DNA from: Rhodanobacteraceae bacterium
GTDB taxonomy: Bacteria > Pseudomonadota > Gammaproteobacteria > Xanthomonadales > Rhodanobacteraceae
Direction of reading: 5' to 3'
Assembly (NCBI GenBank): GCA_030167125.1
Contig: CP126531.1
Coordinates: forward strand, 2,394,578 to 2,458,577
Length of the DNA stretch: 64,000 nucleotides
Part shown: in pieces, positions 37,827-47,587 of the stretch
Layout: each line of letters begins with the position of its first letter
Position numbering within the stretch: the stretch's first letter is position 1
Translations under genes and position numbers: made by a program
The notes under the pieces: generated by a model
Told to the model about the DNA's origin: nothing
Database searches by the model: none
Seen by the model: the letters and a program-made list of their open reading frames with translations, nothing else

Positions 37827-39803
37827 TCAAGCAAGCAATGGCGGGAGCGGACAACCGAGCACCGCGCAGGTGACGCGCAGCAATTCCGATTCCGCCAGCG
37901 TGACCTTGCCGTCCGCCGCGATCGCGCGGGTCAGCGCGCGCACGGTCAATTCCTTGCCCTGCGGCGCCAGGCGCGCCAGCGTCGCCAGCGCGCGATCCAG
38001 CGCGGCCTGCCAGTCTTCGGGCAACGCGTACAGGATCGAAGCGCTGGGCAAGGCATCCTGCATAGCGGCCTGAAAGGCGCGCTGCGCGGACTCGTCGTCG
38101 TCGTTGCCGAAGTGCGCGAGCAATGCGGCGAGATCGCGCAATTCGTCCTGCGCATCGGTCAGTTTCAGCGTGCCCGCCTTGAAACCCGCGGACGGGTCCA
38201 GCGCCGCGACCACCTGCGCCTGCACCAGTTTCGCCAGACAGTATTCGTCGAGATCCACGCGGCCGTCGGCGTGGATCACGCCGTCCAGCGTCTTCACGAA
38301 GCAATCGACTTCCGGACGCGGTCGGCGCTTCAACGCGGGAAACGCGAGCTGCGCCAACGGCAGCCGCAGCATCGGATGCAGGTCGACCATCCGCGGCACC
38401 AGGTTCTGCACGGCATCGCCCAGCGCGGCATCGAAGGCCTGCGTCACCGCCTGCACCTGTTGCGCCTGCAAATCGGGGTGTTCGGAAATCGCCAGCGCAA
38501 ATATCACCGCCAGCGCGCCGCGCGGATCGCGCGCGGCCGCGGCCAGCGCGGCGGGAATCTGCGCGTGCAGGCCGGCCGCGGCCTGGTAATCGTCGGTGCC
38601 GGGCGAGGCGACTTGCGCTGCGACGCCGGCGGCGGTGATCGCCAGTTCGGCGCCGCGCGCGGGCATCACGCCGCCGATCGGTTGCGCGGTGCGGGCCGGC
38701 GCAGTGCGGACGTCGTCATCGCCGTCGATGCGCGCGAATTCGTGCACCGCCTTTTCCCACGGGTGCAGGTCCGCGCGCAATTCGATGCTGTTCGGATCGT
38801 TGCCGGCCGCGAGCCATTGCTTGACGTAGGCGTCCAGTTCCTCGGGCTTGAAGCCGGGCTCCAGCGCCTTGATGCGCTCGATGATGGGCGGGTGCGTGGC
38901 GAACAGCGAGCTTGCCTCGGCGTCGCCGAACAGCATGTGGCGCACCTCGTCCTTGCGCGGCGCCTGCAGCGCGGAACCTTCCTCGAACACCGCGATCTTC
39001 TTCAGCGCGCCGGCTATCCCTGCGGTCTGCCGCGTGAACTGCACCGCCGAGGCATCCGCCAGCGATTCGCGCGAACGCGACACCGCAGCCTGGATCAGCC
39101 GCCCGAAGAACACGCCGATCGCGCCGATCGCGAGCAGCGCGATGCCGGCCAACGCGACCTGGCCGCTGCCGCCGCCGCGCCGGCGGCTGCCGCTGTCGTC
39201 GTCGCCGAAATAGCCGCCCCACATCAGGAAACGCCCGACCACCCAGATCGCCATGATCCCGAACAGCAGGCCCATCAGGCGGATGTTCAGGCGCATGTCG
39301 CCGTTCAACACATGGCTGAACTCGTGCGCGATCACGCCCTGCAGTTCGTCACGATTCAACTTGTCGAGGCAGCCCTGTGTCACGCACACCGCGGCGTCGG
39401 TGGGCGTGAAGCCCGCCGCGAACGCGTTGATGCCGGCTTCGTCCTGCATCACGTAGATTTCCGGCACCGGCACGCCCGAAGCGATCGCGACCTCCTCGAT
39501 CACGTTGCGCAGGCGCTGCCATTGCGGGTTGGTGGTGTCGGCGGGAACCTCGGTGGCGTTCATCTCGCGCGCCACCGCAGCGCCGCCGCCTGAAAGGCTG
39601 GCGACGCGATACGCCGAACACAGGCCGATCAGCACCACGACCGCGATGGTGATGCCGATCAGCGCGCCGGGCCGGAAGCCGACCAGGAAGAATGCGCAGA
39701 CCGCGTCGACCGCTACCACGATCGCCAGCACCGCCAACGCGAACAGCCACACCAGCGTGCGGCTGGAGCGCCGGACCTTGGCTTGTTGGGCAAAGAAATC
39801 CAT
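37827..39803 (-). CDS. M48-family zinc metalloprotease with long C-terminal extension
   Basis: Two N-terminal TM segments and HEFSHVLNGD (HExxH). Located downstream of lemA, as in many proteobacteria. Confidence 0.88.
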   Translation of the reverse strand: MDFFAQQAKVRRSSRTLVWLFALAVLAIVVAVDAVCAFFLVGFRPGALIGITIAVVVLIGLCSAYRVASLSGGGAAVAREMNATEVPADTTNPQWQRLRNVIEEVAIASGVPVPEIYVMQDEAGINAFAAGFTPTDAAVCVTQGCLDKLNRDELQGVIAHEFSHVLNGDMRLNIRLMGLLFGIMAIWVVGRFLMWGGYFGDDDSGSRRRGGGSGQVALAGIALLAIGAIGVFFGRLIQAAVSRSRESLADASAVQFTRQTAGIAGALKKIAVFEEGSALQAPRKDEVRHMLFGDAEASSLFATHPPIIERIKALEPGFKPEELDAYVKQWLAAGNDPNSIELRADLHPWEKAVHEFARIDGDDDVRTAPARTAQPIGGVMPARGAELAITAAGVAAQVASPGTDDYQAAAGLHAQIPAALAAAARDPRGALAVIFALAISEHPDLQAQQVQAVTQAFDAALGDAVQNLVPRMVDLHPMLRLPLAQLAFPALKRRPRPEVDCFVKTLDGVIHADGRVDLDEYCLAKLVQAQVVAALDPSAGFKAGTLKLTDAQDELRDLAALLAHFGNDDDESAQRAFQAAMQDALPSASILYALPEDWQAALDRALATLARLAPQGKELTVRALTRAIAADGKVTLAESELLRVTCAVLGCPLPPLLA

Positions 39804-39810
39804 GAGGCTA

Positions 39811-40002
39811 CGGGACTCGGGACCCGGGACTCGGAACTAGGGAAGAGCGGCTCGCAAATGGCGTGTGCATCGGCTGTCGCACGTGAGCCGTCAAAAAAGG
39901 CGTGCATTTGCCGCAGCCCGATCTGCGAATCCCCGCCTTCATTCTCGGACGTCCGTCTTCAAACCACGACCTCGATGCGTTGCTCGCGAGTCCCGAGTCC
40001 CG
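39811..40002. repeat. MITE-like element with heptad-type terminal inverted repeats
   Basis: The left arm is cgggactcgggacccgggactcgg (39811-39834). The right arm is cgagtcccgagtcccg (39987-40002). They enclose about 150 bp of lower-G+C sequence between lemA and the M48 gene. Confidence 0.7.
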
Positions 40003-40006
40003 GCTT

Positions 40007-40597
40007 TCAGGCAAAACTGACCTTCGGCGCTTCGCGCTTGGCAGGATCATCGATCGCCAGCGGCTCGGCAGGCGTGAAACCCGCGGGCCCGGCGATCAGC
40101 GAAGACGGAAATACCTGCACCTTGTTGTTGTAGTTCATCACCGAGTCGTTGTAGGCCTGCCGCGCGAACGCGACGCGGTTTTCGGTGGAAGTGAGTTCCT
40201 CCGACAACTGCATCATGTTCTGGTTGGCCTTGAGATCCGGATACGCCTCGCTGACCGCGAACAGCCGGCCCAGCGCCTGCGTCAACTGGTTCTCGCTGCC
40301 CGCGAGCTGCTGCATCGCGTTGGGATCGCCGGGCGCGGCCTTGGCGGCGGCCAAGCCATTCACCGCGGCGGTGCGCGCGGCGGTGACCGCTTCAAGCGTC
40401 CCGCGTTCGTGCGCAAGGTATCCTTTCGCGGTTTCGACCAGGTTCGGAATCAGGTCGTGGCGGCGTGTAAGCTGCACGTCGATCTGCGCGAACGCGTTCT
40501 TGTACGCGTTGCGTGAAGTGACCAGACCGTTGTAGATCGCGATCAGGTAAATCACAATGATGGCGATGATGATCAGGAAAATGATCAGACCCGTCAT
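40007..40597 (-). CDS. lemA: LemA-family protein
   Basis: 196 aa. An N-terminal TM segment (LIIFLIIIAIIVIYLIAIY) is followed by NAFAQIDVQLTRRHDLIPNLVETAKGY. Confidence 0.92.
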   Translation of the reverse strand: MTGLIIFLIIIAIIVIYLIAIYNGLVTSRNAYKNAFAQIDVQLTRRHDLIPNLVETAKGYLAHERGTLEAVTAARTAAVNGLAAAKAAPGDPNAMQQLAGSENQLTQALGRLFAVSEAYPDLKANQNMMQLSEELTSTENRVAFARQAYNDSVMNYNNKVQVFPSSLIAGPAGFTPAEPLAIDDPAKREAPKVSFA

Positions 40598-40782
40598 TGT
40601 CGTCTCCTAATGTCGGCCGAAGCCGCTGTCGTGGAAAGTCGGACCCGGAACTCCGGCCATGATGCGGCCCGGGCTCCCGGCCATGGATGGCAGCTTCGAG
40701 GCCGTGGTGGTGTTGACCAGGCGGGAATCCCGCCCGGCTGAACGATACCGCGTTCAGGGATGATCGCACACTTGGACATAGC

Positions 40783-42075
40783 ATGCGCGTATTGGCTTTC
40801 TGTGCAGGATTCACCTGCATCCTCGTTTCAGCTTTCGCACTGGGCGCGCCCGCCGTCCAGACCCACGGCAACCCCGTTCCACCGGAACCCACTGTGGTGC
40901 ACACCGGCACGCAGGCGACATTGCCGGCGGCACGCGTGGATGCGGCGCTGAAGGATTACGACCGCTGGCTGGACCAGCTCGCGCAGGAAAACCGCACGGC
41001 GGGCCTCGCCACCGCGGTAGTGATCGACGACAAGGTGCGTTACGAGCGCACGCTCGGCTACGCCGATGCGAATACCGACGCCAGGGTGCAGCCGGACACC
41101 GTGTTCCGGCTGGCGTCGTTGTCCAAGGCCTTCGCCACCGCGCTCACGGGCCTGCTGGTGCGGCAGGGCGCGCTGAGCTGGGACACGCGCCTCGCGAGCG
41201 TGCTGCCGTTCTTCAAGTTGCGCGACGCCAACGCCTCGCAGGAAGCAACGGTGCGCGACATCCTGAGCCAGAGCATCGGGCTGCCGCACAACGCGTACGA
41301 CAACCTGCTTTCCAACGGCGTGCCCTACCAGGAACTGGAACGCAAGCTCGACACGGTGCCGCTCACCTGCGATCCGGGCAGCTGCTACGGATACCAGAAC
41401 ATCGCGTTCTCGCTGATCGGCGACGTCATCTACGCCAAGACCGGGCAATTCTTCTCGCAGCTGGTCGACAAGTACCTGTTCCTGCCGCTGGGCATGACCA
41501 CCGCCAGCTACGGGCGCGATGGACTGGAGAGCAGCCGCAGCTGGGCGCGGCCGCATTACGAGCACGGCAAGCAGTGGGTTTCCTACGAACCCAACGACAA
41601 CTTCTACATACCGCCCGCGGCGGGCGTCAACGCCAGCATCCGCGACATGGAGCAGTGGCTGATCGCGCAGATGGGCGGCCGCCCGATGGTGCTGCCCGAT
41701 TCGCTGCTGGATGTGCTGCACTCGCCGATCATCGACACACCGAGCGAGCGGATGTTCTCCAACTGGCGACGCGCGCGCGTCAAGCAGGCCTCCTATGCGC
41801 TCGGCTGGCGCGTGTACGACTACGCCGGCGAGAAGCTGGTCTTCCACGCCGGCGCGGTGAAGGGCTACCGCTCGATGATCGGGTTCTTCCCGAAATACCA
41901 CGCCGGCGTGGTGGTGCTGTGGAACTGCGAGAGCAACACGCCGGCGGGGCTGATGCCGATGCTGCTGGACGACCTGCTCGGATTGCCGCACGAGGATTGG
42001 GCGCAACTCGACGAACCGGAGCGTCCCGCTGCGCGCACGCGCGTCAAACATCATTCGCGCCGCAGGCACCACTGA
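40783..42075 (+). CDS. serine hydrolase (class C beta-lactamase-like)
   Basis: Signal-like N-terminus and the S-x-x-K motif SLSKAF, with the YA/YSN region present. Confidence 0.85.
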   Translation: MRVLAFCAGFTCILVSAFALGAPAVQTHGNPVPPEPTVVHTGTQATLPAARVDAALKDYDRWLDQLAQENRTAGLATAVVIDDKVRYERTLGYADANTDARVQPDTVFRLASLSKAFATALTGLLVRQGALSWDTRLASVLPFFKLRDANASQEATVRDILSQSIGLPHNAYDNLLSNGVPYQELERKLDTVPLTCDPGSCYGYQNIAFSLIGDVIYAKTGQFFSQLVDKYLFLPLGMTTASYGRDGLESSRSWARPHYEHGKQWVSYEPNDNFYIPPAAGVNASIRDMEQWLIAQMGGRPMVLPDSLLDVLHSPIIDTPSERMFSNWRRARVKQASYALGWRVYDYAGEKLVFHAGAVKGYRSMIGFFPKYHAGVVVLWNCESNTPAGLMPMLLDDLLGLPHEDWAQLDEPERPAARTRVKHHSRRRHH

Positions 42076-42121
42076 AAACTGCTCACGTTTCGGGCGTCGA
42101 GCGTGATCGCAGCAGCTGTCA

Positions 42122-42264
42122 CCCCCTTCCGAAGGAAGGGGGTCGCCGCGAAGCGGCGCGGGGATGTCGGACGGCGCGGCAAAAAGCGCTCCCCTCAATC
42201 ACACTTCGCAGGCGAAGGGGGAAGAGCGGGCGTTCGCAGCGGCGAGCGATGCCCCCGGCATCGC
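42122..42264. repeat. REP-like cluster (hairpins 42122-42142, 42144-42158, degenerate family-2 unit 42179-42221, hairpin 42246-42264)
   Basis: Hairpins cccccttcc-gaa-ggaaggggg, cgccgc-gaa-gcggcg and gcgatgcc-ccc-ggcatcgc, located between convergent genes. Confidence 0.7.
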
Positions 42265-42278
42265 GCAAACGCCGCTGC

Positions 42279-43343
42279 TCAGCCACCGAACTTGAAGTCG
42301 ACGCGACGCTGCAACACCGCGGAAACGGGCTGGCCATCCTTCAGCGCGGGCTTGTAGGTGGACTGGTTGACCGCGCGGATCGCCGCCTGGTCGAAGACGC
42401 GGCGCGGCGACGAGTCGACCACGTGCGCATTGGTCACTTCGCCGGTGGCCGTCACCGTGAATTCCACGACGGCGTACCCGGAGGTCTGGTTGCGCGCGGC
42501 CTCCAGCGGATACTGCGCCGCCGCCGCTTTCTCCACCTGCGCACCACGGGTGATGCCGGCCGGCTTGGGCTGCGGCGCCTCGGCCGGTTTCGGCGGCGGT
42601 GCCGCCTTCGCGGTGGCGGCTTGTTGCGCGGCCTGCTGTGCTGCGAGCCTGGCCGCCGCTTCCTTGTCCGCAGCGGCCTTGGCCGCGGCGGCTTGCTGCG
42701 CGGCCGCGAGTTCCGCCGCGTGTTGGGCTTTTTGTTGCGCCTCCTGCTGCTGGCGCGCCTGCAACTTCTGCTGCGCATCGAGCTTGGAGCGCAGCAAGGT
42801 CAACGTGTAATTGGTCGGATCGGCCTTCGAGAGCACATCGATTTCGCGGTTGGCCTCGGCGAAGTTGTTCTGCGAAATGGCCTTCTCGACGTCCGGAACG
42901 CCGAACGGGAAGGTCTCGCGCAAGGCATCCTTGGCCACCTGGTTGTTCGGATCCTTCGCCAGCACCGCTTCGTAATATTCCATCGCGTTGTCGCCGGCCG
43001 GCGCCACCAGGCGGTGCTGCGCGTATGCATCGCGCGCCGCCGACAGCAGGTCGTTGACGCTCATGCCGGACAGCTTCGCTTTCGCCTGGGCGGCAGCCTG
43101 CGCCTGCGCCGCCGAACTCCCGGACGAAGGCGTCGCGGCCGGCAATTCCGCGGGACCCGAAGCCGCCGGTGCCGATACCGCGGGTTTGGCCGACGCCACG
43201 GGCGCGGAAGACGCGGGACCTTGTCCCTTGCCGCAACCCGCCAGCAACAGCGCCATGCCCACGGCCACGGTCAGGCCGCGCACCGCGCCGAAAGGTCGAG
43301 GGGAAACGTCGTGGCTGGAATCGAAAGTGCTCATGCGGCCCAC
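42279..43343 (-). CDS. TonB-family energy transducer (lipoprotein-like N-terminus, Ala/Gln/Lys-rich linker, TonB C-terminal domain)
   Basis: The C-terminus YPLEAARNQTSGYAVVEFTVTATGEVTNAHVVDSSPRRVFDQAAIRAVNQSTYKPALKDGQPV is a TonB_C fold. The start is uncertain (43343 or 43334). Confidence 0.85.
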   Translation of the reverse strand: MGRMSTFDSSHDVSPRPFGAVRGLTVAVGMALLLAGCGKGQGPASSAPVASAKPAVSAPAASGPAELPAATPSSGSSAAQAQAAAQAKAKLSGMSVNDLLSAARDAYAQHRLVAPAGDNAMEYYEAVLAKDPNNQVAKDALRETFPFGVPDVEKAISQNNFAEANREIDVLSKADPTNYTLTLLRSKLDAQQKLQARQQQEAQQKAQHAAELAAAQQAAAAKAAADKEAAARLAAQQAAQQAATAKAAPPPKPAEAPQPKPAGITRGAQVEKAAAAQYPLEAARNQTSGYAVVEFTVTATGEVTNAHVVDSSPRRVFDQAAIRAVNQSTYKPALKDGQPVSAVLQRRVDFKFGG

Positions 43344-43587
43344 CTGTGTGCGAAGGGAGAATGCGTTCCACGGGTATGCATGAACCGTTCCATCCGCGCA
43401 CGTTCATTCCGGTCCGCGCGCTGTTGCATCGCGGGACCCTCGCAGGATGTGACGGGATCGACACTCGCCGAACCTCAGGATCGCGAGCTGTTGTGAGAAA
43501 CCCGGGCAGCAAGCGCGTTCTGGTGCCGTGGGTGCGCGAAGCGGTCGAGCGGCGGCCCTTCGACGAAGCCGCGATCATCGACGATCG

Positions 43588-43619
43588 CAAAAATGGAAAG
43601 CCCCGGCAAGAACCGGGGC
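43588..43619 (-). terminator. candidate rho-independent terminator downstream of the metJ-like gene
   Basis: The minus strand reads gccccgg-ttcttg-ccggggc followed by tttccattttt. Confidence 0.5.
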
Positions 43620-43720
43620 CAACGTCATGCGGATTGCCCGCATTCCCGCGCTGGGCGTCGCGGGGAGGACGGGCTTGTGGTTATGGTGTCGAAGACAACG
43701 TGAAACGGTTTGCGACGTGC

Positions 43721-44203
43721 TTACTTCTTCGCCTTCTTCGCGCGCTTGGTCTTGCTGGCGCGCGCGGTCTTGGCCATCACGGCCTTCTTCGCGGTGCGCT
43801 TGCGCGCGGTCTTCTTGGCAGCGCGTTTGCGTGCCGGCTTCCGGGCCGTCTTCTTCGCGGCCTTCCGCACCGTCTTGCGTGCGGTCTTGCGTGCCGTGGC
43901 GGTCTTCGCCTTGGCGGACTTGCGGGCCGCCTTCTTGGCGGGTTTCTTCGCAGCTTTCTTGGTAGCCATGGTTCGTCTCAGCTCCTCATCAGTTGGCAGT
44001 GGTTGCCCAGTGAACGCATGCAGAAACGCCTCGCACAAAAGATCGCTGTTCGTGGCGTGCCGCAGGTTGGACACTTGACGGCGTGTGCGCTCGTCGGAAA
44101 GCAGCCGGAGTACATGCAGCGGAATCGAGACGGTGATCTTCCGGACCTTCTCGGATTTGGAACCGTGCTCGATGTACGGTTTGATGTACTTGGCAGTCGG
44201 CAT
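43721..44203 (-). CDS. metJ: MetJ-like (Met repressor, ribbon-helix-helix) domain fused to a histone-H1-like Lys/Ala-rich C-terminal tail
   Basis: Residues 1-78 are [69 protein letters not shown]. This is near-identical in pattern to E. coli MetJ ([50 protein letters not shown]). About 82 residues of [15 protein letters not shown]-type repeats follow. The ATG at 44203 is preferred. Confidence 0.85.
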   Translation of the reverse strand: MPTAKYIKPYIEHGSKSEKVRKITVSIPLHVLRLLSDERTRRQVSNLRHATNSDLLCEAFLHAFTGQPLPTDEELRRTMATKKAAKKPAKKAARKSAKAKTATARKTARKTVRKAAKKTARKPARKRAAKKTARKRTAKKAVMAKTARASKTKRAKKAKK

Positions 44204-44360
44204 GTTTCCCGTCTTGCGACATGTCGTCGGGCGGAAAGCTAGCCCCACGCAATCATGGTGTCAATCGATTTTTTGCGGCAAATGAAGCTCTTGCGATCGC
44301 CGCGCCGGCCCTCCCCTAGCGACGAAACCGCGCGCCACGCGCGGAACCACCGCTGACGAA

Positions 44361-44376
44361 AGACGGATAGACGTCC
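44361..44376. promoter_or_regulatory. two tandem met-box-like octamers AGACGGAT-AGACGTCC (candidate MetJ operator)
   Basis: 13 of 16 positions match the tandem AGACGTCT consensus. The site lies 158-173 nt upstream of the metJ-like start. Confidence 0.4.
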
Positions 44377-44601
44377 AAATGATCCATCGTGCCGGATCGG
44401 CGTGCATCGCCGAAAACCCGCATGAACACTGGCCTGCGCGCATCCGGCGCGTCGCCAGCGCACGCATCGGCTGCACGCGCGCGGCATGCGTGGATGGAAC
44501 CTCACATGCGCGGCACGCGCGCGTCGGTCAGGCTGAATGCGGGACAAACCGGGGCGCGAAAATTTTTTCGCGCAGCGCGCGATTTCGCGCCGGACACATC
44601 C

Positions 44602-44997
44602 TCAATCTTCGTCGCTCTCGATCAACTCCTGGTAGTCGTCGGGACCGAGCAGTGCATCCACTTCGTCCGGGTCGGACAGCTTGATGACGAACAACCAGCC
44701 GTCACCGAATGCATCTTCGTTGATGGTTTCGGGCTTGTCGGCGAGGCCTTCGTTGACCTCGACCACTTCGCCGCTGACCGGCGCATACACATCCGACGCC
44801 GCCTTCACCGACTCCACCACCGCGCAACCGGCGCCCGCCTCGACCTTGTCGCCGACCTTGGGCAGTTCGACGTAGACCAGGTCGCCCAGCAAGCCCTGGG
44901 CGTGGTCGGAAATGCCGACACGTGCGCGCCCGTCTTCCTCGATCCGCACCCATTCGTGCGACTTCTGGAACTTGAGGTCACCGGGAATCTCGCTCAT
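44602..44997 (-). CDS. gcvH: glycine cleavage system protein H
   Basis: 131 aa with the lipoyl-lysine context [18 protein letters not shown]. Confidence 0.97.
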   Translation of the reverse strand: MSEIPGDLKFQKSHEWVRIEEDGRARVGISDHAQGLLGDLVYVELPKVGDKVEAGAGCAVVESVKAASDVYAPVSGEVVEVNEGLADKPETINEDAFGDGWLFVIKLSDPDEVDALLGPDDYQELIESDED

Positions 44998-45095
44998 GAC
45001 ACGTGTCCTTGGTTGTTCGGGAGACCCGTGATTCTAGCCACGTCCACGGGCGCGGAAAAAGGTGCCTCGACGATGTTCGGCAGCGCGGCCACGGG

Positions 45096-46196
45096 TCAGA
45101 TTCCCTCGCACGGCTTGCCGTCGCGCACGAAGGGATATTTCACGGCGCGCAGCGGCAACTCGCGGCCGCGGATGTCCACGCGCAGGTTCGCGCGTGCGCC
45201 CGCCGGCACCCGCGCGAAGGCAATCGCCTTGCCGAGCGTCGGCGAAAAGATGCCGGACAGGATTTCGCCGTTGCCCTTGTCCGTAATCACGCGCTGGCCG
45301 TGGCGCAGCACGCCCTTCTCGTCCATCACCACGCCGATCAGCTCGCGCGGCACACCGGACGCCTTCTGCTGTTCCAGCGCGGCGCGGCCGATGAAGTCGC
45401 GCCCCTCGTCCAGCGATACCGTCCACGCGAGCCCCGCTTCCCATGGCGTGACGTCCTCGTCCATGTCCTGGCCGTAGAGATTCATGCCGGCTTCGAGCCG
45501 CAGCGTGTCGCGTGCGCCCAAGCCGGCCGGACGCACGCCGGCCACGGCCAGCGCGTTCCACAGTGCCGTCGCGTGTTGCTCCGGAACGATGATCTCGAAA
45601 CCGTCTTCGCCGGTGTAGCCGGTGCGCGCCACGAACAGCGGCATGCCGCCCGGACCGCGCGCTTCGGCGGCGGCGAAGCGGCCCAGCTTTTCGACGCGTC
45701 CGCGATCGCCGGCATCGAGCAGCGCCAGCACCTTCGCGCGCGCATTCGGACCCTGCACCGCGATCATCGCGAGTTCGGGCCGTTCGCTGACCTTCACGCC
45801 GAATGCGGCCGCCTGCTTTTCGATCCATGCGAGATCCTTGTCGCGGGTCGCGGCATTCACCACCATCCGGAAAAAATCTTCGGCCAGGAAGTACGTGATC
45901 AGGTCATCGATCACGCCGCCACGCTCATTGAGCATGCACGAATACAACGCCTTGCCGGGCTTCTTCAGCTTGCCGATGTCGTTCGCCAGCAGGTGCTTGA
46001 GGAATTCGCGGGTGCGCGCGCCATGCAGGTCCACCACCGTCATGTGCGAGACATCGAACATGCCGGCGTCGCGGCGCACCGCGTGGTGCTCTTCGATCTG
46101 CGAGCCGTAATTGAGCGGCATGTCCCAGCCGCCGAAATCCACCATCTTCGCGCCGGCGGCGCGGTGGGTGGCGTTGAGGATGGTCTGCTTGGTCAT
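45096..46196 (-). CDS. gcvT: glycine cleavage system aminomethyltransferase T
   Basis: 366 aa. [41 protein letters not shown]... is GcvT over its full length. Confidence 0.97.
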   Translation of the reverse strand: MTKQTILNATHRAAGAKMVDFGGWDMPLNYGSQIEEHHAVRRDAGMFDVSHMTVVDLHGARTREFLKHLLANDIGKLKKPGKALYSCMLNERGGVIDDLITYFLAEDFFRMVVNAATRDKDLAWIEKQAAAFGVKVSERPELAMIAVQGPNARAKVLALLDAGDRGRVEKLGRFAAAEARGPGGMPLFVARTGYTGEDGFEIIVPEQHATALWNALAVAGVRPAGLGARDTLRLEAGMNLYGQDMDEDVTPWEAGLAWTVSLDEGRDFIGRAALEQQKASGVPRELIGVVMDEKGVLRHGQRVITDKGNGEILSGIFSPTLGKAIAFARVPAGARANLRVDIRGRELPLRAVKYPFVRDGKPCEGI

Positions 46197-46220
46197 GGCG
46201 AGGCCTGCTGTGGAACGGCA

Positions 46221-46249
46221 ATTATGGCGGGGCTGTTGTGGAAAGTCAG
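46221..46249 (-). promoter_or_regulatory. candidate sigma-70 promoter for gcvT
   Basis: The minus strand reads CTGACT-17 nt-CATAAT, with the -10 ending 24 nt before the gcvT ATG. The -35 half is part of the recurring motif described in the findings. Confidence 0.4.
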
Positions 46250-46429
46250 CGCGAGGACGGACGTTTACGCGATGCCGGTGGCATCGCGTGGTCGGCCGAG
46301 CGACCGGCCAGTGATGGCCGGGCCGGCGCCCAGCGCCACGGATGGCTACTCGTGAAGCACGGCTCGCTCGCGCAGCGGAACAGCGATCATGGACGATCGC
46401 ACAAGTACGAGCACGCTACACTTGCGCGC

Positions 46430-47587
46430 ATGAACCCGTCCCCGACGACGCCCGGCTTGGTGGAATGGCTGCCGCTGCCGGAGACCGGTGAGAACGTGTT
46501 GCGTTTCACCGGCGACTGGACGCTGCAGCATTTTGCCGCGCTCGAAGCGCAGCTCGACGCCCTGAAGCCTGCGCTTCCCGAGTGCCCGGACGTGGATTTC
46601 AACGACGTCGGCCGCGTCGATACCTCCGGCGCCGGCCTGATCGCGGTCGCGCTGGGGCCGAAGGCCCTGCACTGGCTGGCCGACCACGACCGCGACGTGC
46701 CGCGCGAACTGCGCGCCCTGCTCGGCACCGTCAGCGACGCGGTCGCGGAAATCTACGCGCACCGGCCCAAGCCCAGACCCAATTTCGGTTTCATGGACAT
46801 GCTGGCCGACATCGGCGGCAACGTCGTGCACATCGCGGAGCTCGGCGCCAAGCTGCTGGCGTTCATCGGCATGACGCTGGAAACGCAGGTGCGCGTCCTG
46901 CTTCGGCCCCGGCACTGGCGCGTCACCTCGCTGGTCGCGCACATGGAACAGACCGGCCTGCACGCGGTGCCGATCGTGGTGCTGCTGTCGTTCCTGATCG
47001 GCGCGGTGATCGCGTTCCTGGGCGCGACCGCGCTGCAGCGTTACGGCGCGACGGTGTTCACCGTCGATCTCGTTTCGTACGCGTTCCTGCGCGAACTCGG
47101 CGTGCTGCTGACCGCGATCATCCTGGCCGGACGCACCGCCAGCGCGTTCACCGCGCAGATCGGCTCGATGAAGGTCGGCGAGGAAATCGACGCGATGCGC
47201 ACCATGGGTCTCGACCCGATGGAACTGCTGGTGCTGCCGCGCGTGCTGGCGCTGATGATCGTGACGCCGCTCTTGACCTTCCTCGCGATCCTCGCGGGCG
47301 TCGTCGGCGGTGCGCTGGTGTGCTGGTTCGCGTTGAACATCACGCCGACCATGTTCATCTCGGTGTTCCAGACCGACACGCCGCTGCGTTACCTGTGGCT
47401 GGGACTGTGCAAGGCGCCGATCTTCGCGTTCCTGATCGCGGTGATCGGCTGCCTCGAAGGCTTCAAGGTGCAGGGCAGCGCGCAATCGGTGGGCGAGCGC
47501 ACGACGTCCAGCGTGGTGCAATCGATTTTCCTGGTGATCGTGGTGGACGCCGTCGCCGCGCTGTTCTTCATGGAGATGAACTGGTGA
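46430..47587 (+). CDS. MlaE-family ABC permease with N-terminal STAS-like domain
   Basis: The ATG at 46430 (MNPSPTTPG...) is preferred. The permease core is ...GRTASAFTAQIGSMKVGEEIDAMRTMGLDP... Confidence 0.88.
   Translation: MNPSPTTPGLVEWLPLPETGENVLRFTGDWTLQHFAALEAQLDALKPALPECPDVDFNDVGRVDTSGAGLIAVALGPKALHWLADHDRDVPRELRALLGTVSDAVAEIYAHRPKPRPNFGFMDMLADIGGNVVHIAELGAKLLAFIGMTLETQVRVLLRPRHWRVTSLVAHMEQTGLHAVPIVVLLSFLIGAVIAFLGATALQRYGATVFTVDLVSYAFLRELGVLLTAIILAGRTASAFTAQIGSMKVGEEIDAMRTMGLDPMELLVLPRVLALMIVTPLLTFLAILAGVVGGALVCWFALNITPTMFISVFQTDTPLRYLWLGLCKAPIFAFLIAVIGCLEGFKVQGSAQSVGERTTSSVVQSIFLVIVVDAVAALFFMEMNW

Noticed and set aside
44551-44592. Terminator for gcvH (ggcgcgaaa...tttcgcgcc and gcgcgaaaattttttcgcgc palindromes).
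   Set aside because: Several overlapping AT-centred palindromes are present, but on the gcvH (minus) strand no U-tract follows a stable stem. I cannot call it with confidence.
46197-46429. Glycine riboswitch in the gcvT leader.
   Set aside because: I reverse-complemented the whole leader by hand and found none of the conserved cores (GGAGAG ... CACCGAAGGGG / CTCTGGAGAG). Only generic GC hairpins are present.
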